Below the pieces are notes generated by a model that ran no database searches, had not been told where the DNA came from, and saw only the letters and a list, made by a program, of their open reading frames with translations. From NCBI GenBank assembly GCA_958296135.2, contig CATQHZ020000001.1:4704001-4768000 (forward strand): a stretch of 64,000 nt of DNA, written 5' to 3'. How positions within the stretch are numbered: the stretch's first letter is position 1; each line of letters opens with the position of its first letter. This document shows positions 59,954 to 64,000 of the stretch, piece after piece. Made by a program: the position numbers and the translations under genes. This stretch comes from an uncultured Poribacteria bacterium. Its GTDB lineage: Bacteria > Poribacteria > WGA-4E > WGA-3G.

Positions 59954-61128
59954 GTTCCGTTTCGCGCCGCAACCTCAATAGCGATGAGCGTGAGATCATC
60001 GTCTTTCGGCACAGATTCGGCGAATGCATCGACTGCCTCAGAAACGCTATTGAGGAGCGCGGCCACCGGCCGGCCCGCGCCAGCACTCACTAGCCGCTGA
60101 AACCGTTCCGCCGTAAACTCTTCGCCCTGTGCATTCTTGATTTCATAAGCACCATCGGTATAGAGAAATAGTTGGCTGAACCGGTCAAACGGATAAGTGC
60201 TTGTCTCATACGTTGAGTCGCGCCAAATGCCCAATCCGTTGCCTGTTTTTTTGTCGCCGACGACTTGACAGGTATGCTGTGGCCCGCTATACAAAAACGG
60301 AAAGGGATGCCCTGCATTGGCGCAGGCGAGTTCGCCCTTGGTGCAATCGATGACACCACAAAACGCCGTCGCAAACATAAAGAGGCGGGAGCTGAGCATG
60401 TCGTTGAACCGCGTATTGAGGATTTCAAGGAGGTGCGCCGGCTTATCCCCAAGCTGCGGCTGAAATTCGGCGAGAACCGTCTTAATGAAGACTGTCACGA
60501 AGGCAGCTGACACGCCGTGGCCCATGACATCGGAGATGAAAACGCCGAGCCGGTTCGGTTGAATCTCCCAGATATCAAAAAAATCGCCGCCGACTGCCAT
60601 CTCCGGGCTGCAGCGTGACGCGACGCGGCACCCCGCTAATTCCTGAACGCCGTTCTGGGGGAGCAGGATTTCCTGAATGCTGCGCGCCATTTGCAGCTCG
60701 TCTTCCAAGCGCGCGTTGTGGTTTGCAAGTGAATCATGATATTGCTTGATGCGCAACAGGGAACGGACACGGGCAAGCACCTCTAGGCTATCGAAAGGCT
60801 TCTCAATGAAATCGTCTGCCCCGGCTTCAATGGCCTTAATCCGATTCTCGTGCGTGTCGCGGAGGGCGGTTATCATGACAATCGGGATAAACTCGGTATC
60901 CTTCGCCTGGCGGAGCCGCGCCACCGCCTCAAACCCATCCATTTTCGGCATGTTGATATCCATCAAAACCAGGTCTGGTTTTTCGGCTTTCACCGTTTCC
61001 AATGCCTTCAGGCCATCGGTAGCGGTGCAAACGGCGTAGCCTCTCGCCTTGAGATGGATTTGGAGGATTCTGACGTTCTTGGGTTCATCATCGACGATGA
61101 GGACTTTCGCGGGGGATTCGGGATTCAT
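59950..61128 (-). CDS. response regulator fused to SpoIIE/PP2C phosphatase (RsbU-like)
   Basis: REC domain (IVDD, MDINMP, KP); VGGDFFD, SDVMGHG, YTDG, DDLT. Confidence 0.93.
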   Translation of the reverse strand: MNPESPAKVLIVDDEPKNVRILQIHLKARGYAVCTATDGLKALETVKAEKPDLVLMDINMPKMDGFEAVARLRQAKDTEFIPIVMITALRDTHENRIKAIEAGADDFIEKPFDSLEVLARVRSLLRIKQYHDSLANHNARLEDELQMARSIQEILLPQNGVQELAGCRVASRCSPEMAVGGDFFDIWEIQPNRLGVFISDVMGHGVSAAFVTVFIKTVLAEFQPQLGDKPAHLLEILNTRFNDMLSSRLFMFATAFCGVIDCTKGELACANAGHPFPFLYSGPQHTCQVVGDKKTGNGLGIWRDSTYETSTYPFDRFSQLFLYTDGAYEIKNAQGEEFTAERFQRLVSAGAGRPVAALLNSVSEAVDAFAESVPKDDDLTLIAIEVAARNGT

Positions 61129-61526
61129 TTCGCGGCTCCTTTGAGATGCGCCTCAACACATCCTACAAGCACCTGAATATCAATAGGTTTGCTGAGGTAA
61201 TCGTCGCAACCGGCTTCAAGGATACGCTCCTTATCGCCGGACATCGCGGCAGCAGTTAACGCGATGATAGGGATGTCTGCCCACTTCAGTTCCGATTTAA
61301 TCTGGCGCGCCAAGTCTTCGCCGCTCTGTCCCGGCAGCGCGATATCCATGAGAATGAGGTTCGGTGTGACAGCTGCCAGGTTCGCGAGGGCCTCTACCGC
61401 ATCGGTTGCCTCAACGACGGTGTAGCCTTTGGATTGGAGCACAATCCGCACGACTTTGCGGTTCAACTCCTGGTCTTCAATCACCAAGATGCGCGGCGCT
61501 TCCGGAAGAGAGTTTGCAGTTTCCAC
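61125..61526 (-). CDS. single-domain response regulator
   Basis: VIED, MDIALP, ALTA.AM.GD, KP. Confidence 0.93.
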   Translation of the reverse strand: METANSLPEAPRILVIEDQELNRKVVRIVLQSKGYTVVEATDAVEALANLAAVTPNLILMDIALPGQSGEDLARQIKSELKWADIPIIALTAAAMSGDKERILEAGCDDYLSKPIDIQVLVGCVEAHLKGAAK

Positions 61527-61586
61527 ATGTTATCCTCAAGTTGATAGGACTTGACGTTTGCCGGGAGGCACGCTTTGCAAGCGCGC

Positions 61587-63494
61587 CTACAGAGACTCAT
61601 TCTCGGTTTGCCAGAGCGGCAGTTTCACGGCGAAATTACTGCCCTTTCCTTCTTCACTCTTCACGCTGATTTCGCCGCCATGCAACTCCACCAAGCGATA
61701 GGTTAACGCCAACCCGAGCCCAGTGCCGCCATACCGCCGCGATTTCGAGGTATCAATCTGCGTAAAGGGCGCGAAGAGTTTACGCTGGTCTTCGTCAGCG
61801 ATGCCTATCCCTGTGTCAATCACCTCAGCGTGCAGATGCGTGGCGCTAACCTCCAAGTGCGTGGAGACTTTGCCGCCTTCCGGGGTAAATTTCACGGCGT
61901 TTGAAAGCAGATTGTAGAAAATCTGCTTCAATTTCACCCGGTCTGCCTCAATTGGCGCGTCCCGCTGATACTGCAAGGTGAGTTCCAAGTCCTTCTTTGC
62001 GGCGAGCGCGTTGATGATAGTGTTGACCTCCTCCACCGCTTCTACAATCGCGAAGGTTTCCAGTTGCAGCACCATCTTCCCTGCCTCAATTTTGGAGAGA
62101 TCGAGAATATCGTTGATCATCTCAAGCAGATGCTGTCCGCTGGTGTGAATGTCGTTGACGCACTCCTTCTGTTCGGCGTTGATGCTGCCGACGAGCTCAT
62201 CTCTGAGAATTTCGGCGAACCCGATGATGGCATTCAACGGCGTGCGGAGTTCGTGGCTCATGTTTGCGAGGAAATCGCTCTTCGCACGGCTGGCATATTC
62301 AGCGGTTTCCTTCGCGCGCTGCATCGCCTGCTCCACCCGTTTCCGGTCGGTAATGTCGGTGGAAGTCATCACAAATCCGACGAGGTGCCCCTCCCGTTTA
62401 ATCGGGCCGATGCAGCTGGCATACCAATTTCCACTCACGCGGCCCTGCACTTCATAGGTAGCAACCGCGCCAGTTTCAACTACCTTGGCGCAGGCCTTCC
62501 GGAACATTTCATGATGCTCCACGGTGAGGAATTCAAAGATGCTTTTCCCAACGATGTCCTTAATGTCCAAGCCCACGCCCCCCGGCGGGCGGTTGAGAAA
62601 CTCGATTTGATACGCGAGATTCATCGTGGATATCATGTCTGGCACGCTTTGGACGAGCGAACGCCACTTCGCCTCGGAATTCCTCAAGGCCTGTTCAGCA
62701 CGATAGTGCTCGGTGATGTCGCGCGAGATACCGCAGGTGCCTTGAACGCGCCCATCTCTATCGCGAATAGGCACCTTCGTCGTCGACACCCACGTATTCT
62801 GCCCATCGGGCCAGGTCTCCTTTTCCAATTTCGCCTCAATCGGTCTGCCGGTTTCAATAACGGTTCTTTCGTCTTTGTAAGCCTGCTGCGCGTGTTCGCG
62901 CGTAAAGAAATCAAAATCCGTTTTGTTCACAGCATCCGCCGGGTTTTTCACCCCGAATCGCTCCGCTAAAGAACGGTTGATTCGGATGAACTGACTCTCC
63001 GTATCCTTAAAATAAATGTGGTCTGGGGTATTCTCCATGAGCGTATGCAGGAGCTCACTCTCCTGCGTGTGTGCCGCCGCCAGTTGCTGGAACCGGGTTT
63101 CACTCTCCTTCACCTTCGATGCCAGCCGCCGCTGCCGAGTAACGTCCCGTGCGACAACGTAGCAGAACGGCTCGTCCGATGGGGCCCGCGTCACGTTCCA
63201 ACTGAGATGCTTGTAAGCCGCATCTTTGCACCGGACCCGCGTATCAAACGTGACGGTGTCACGTTCCCCCGTTTTCAGTTTGCTGATGTCGGCGAGCATT
63301 TTGTCCCGGTCCTCGGCATGAACAAGGGCGAACCACGGCTGACTCTGGAGCGCCGCGCGCGTGTAGCCGAGGGTGTTCTCCCACGCAGCATTGAGCGGGA
63401 CAAACTCGCCATCAAAGCGGATACACCCGAACATCTCCGTGGAAGCCTCCAAAAAATGGCGGGTTTCAATCGTATCGTCTGCAAAATGCGCCAT
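61587..63494 (-). CDS. multi-PAS sensor histidine kinase (soluble)
   Basis: Three PAS/PAC domains, FLANMSHELRTPLN, NLLSNAVKF, DTGIG, GTGLGL. Confidence 0.95.
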   Translation of the reverse strand: MAHFADDTIETRHFLEASTEMFGCIRFDGEFVPLNAAWENTLGYTRAALQSQPWFALVHAEDRDKMLADISKLKTGERDTVTFDTRVRCKDAAYKHLSWNVTRAPSDEPFCYVVARDVTRQRRLASKVKESETRFQQLAAAHTQESELLHTLMENTPDHIYFKDTESQFIRINRSLAERFGVKNPADAVNKTDFDFFTREHAQQAYKDERTVIETGRPIEAKLEKETWPDGQNTWVSTTKVPIRDRDGRVQGTCGISRDITEHYRAEQALRNSEAKWRSLVQSVPDMISTMNLAYQIEFLNRPPGGVGLDIKDIVGKSIFEFLTVEHHEMFRKACAKVVETGAVATYEVQGRVSGNWYASCIGPIKREGHLVGFVMTSTDITDRKRVEQAMQRAKETAEYASRAKSDFLANMSHELRTPLNAIIGFAEILRDELVGSINAEQKECVNDIHTSGQHLLEMINDILDLSKIEAGKMVLQLETFAIVEAVEEVNTIINALAAKKDLELTLQYQRDAPIEADRVKLKQIFYNLLSNAVKFTPEGGKVSTHLEVSATHLHAEVIDTGIGIADEDQRKLFAPFTQIDTSKSRRYGGTGLGLALTYRLVELHGGEISVKSEEGKGSNFAVKLPLWQTENESL

Positions 63495-63545
63495 GTTCGT
63501 CCCCTCAAGATAAGGGTGGATATGAAGACAGCCACCCTTATCATT

Positions 63546-64000
63546 TTATTTCGTGACTAAAACCGCGCGGTCTGCCAGTTTAACCACGGTCTGCGTCGTG
63601 CTTTGGAAGACGAGTTCGTAAAGTCTCCCGTGATGGCTCGCGCTGAGCGCGATCAGATCGCAGTCTCTCGCCTCCGCGTTTTCCAAGATATTGGTTACCG
63701 TAAACCCAAGAGCCGTCAGGAATTCTGCTTCTACCTCGTAGTAGTTCAAGTACGCTTCCATCTGCTGCTTAATCTGCGTTGCCTCCGCTTGCGTACTTGA
63801 AAGCGCGAGTCCGAGAATACCCGCCTTTGTCAATTCGCCGATTTCTGCGACGAGCCCTAACACGTGGTCCGAGTAAATATCGCCGTGATGGACAGCGAGG
63901 ATTTTGCGCAGCAGCGTACACTGCTCATGCACCACGATGATAGGTTTCGTGATATGCGAGAGGACATCGTCAATCTGGTTCTGAATCATCTTGAGCCCGC
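63546..64000 (-). CDS. universal stress protein family (5' end beyond window)
   Basis: ILENAE..DCDLIAL.A......FQSTTQTVVK.AD.AVLV; the frame stays open to the window edge. Confidence 0.75.
   Translation of the reverse strand, partial: GLKMIQNQIDDVLSHITKPIIVVHEQCTLLRKILAVHHGDIYSDHVLGLVAEIGELTKAGILGLALSSTQAEATQIKQQMEAYLNYYEVEAEFLTALGFTVTNILENAEARDCDLIALSASHHGRLYELVFQSTTQTVVKLADRAVLVTK

Overview
A bacterial chromosomal window of moderately high GC content. It most likely comes from Candidatus Poribacteria, an inference from the secreted LamG proteins with a shared C-terminal V[ES]PxxKLxxxWxx[LV]K motif, the microcompartment genes and the dense REP-like palindromes. Housekeeping genes: S41 protease (partial), gatA, gatC, pcrA/uvrD, uvrA, msrP, gltB, ggt, lpdA, ahcY, metK and rpsA. 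Accessory features: (i) a Type III-like R-M locus with one res and two tandem mod genes that carry different TRDs, share near-identical 5' halves and are both frameshifted at the same C9 tract; (ii) a tnpB-only IS607/IS605-like element splitting a membrane-protein gene; (iii) a three-gene BMC satellite locus; (iv) an envelope cluster with a ~1100-aa Ca-motif-rich putative outer-membrane protein, an ExbB fused to an extra periplasmic domain and two ExbD, with no TonB in the window and a 28-bp direct repeat bracketing exbBDD; (v) an internally duplicated nucleotidyltransferase with one degenerate half; (vi) a partner-switching module (HK, RR, RR-PP2C, STAS, RsbW); (vii) several REP families whose GTAG often overlaps gene stop codons. 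No rRNA, tRNA or CRISPR array was recognised. All calls come from reading the sequence and motifs by eye; no database searches were run.
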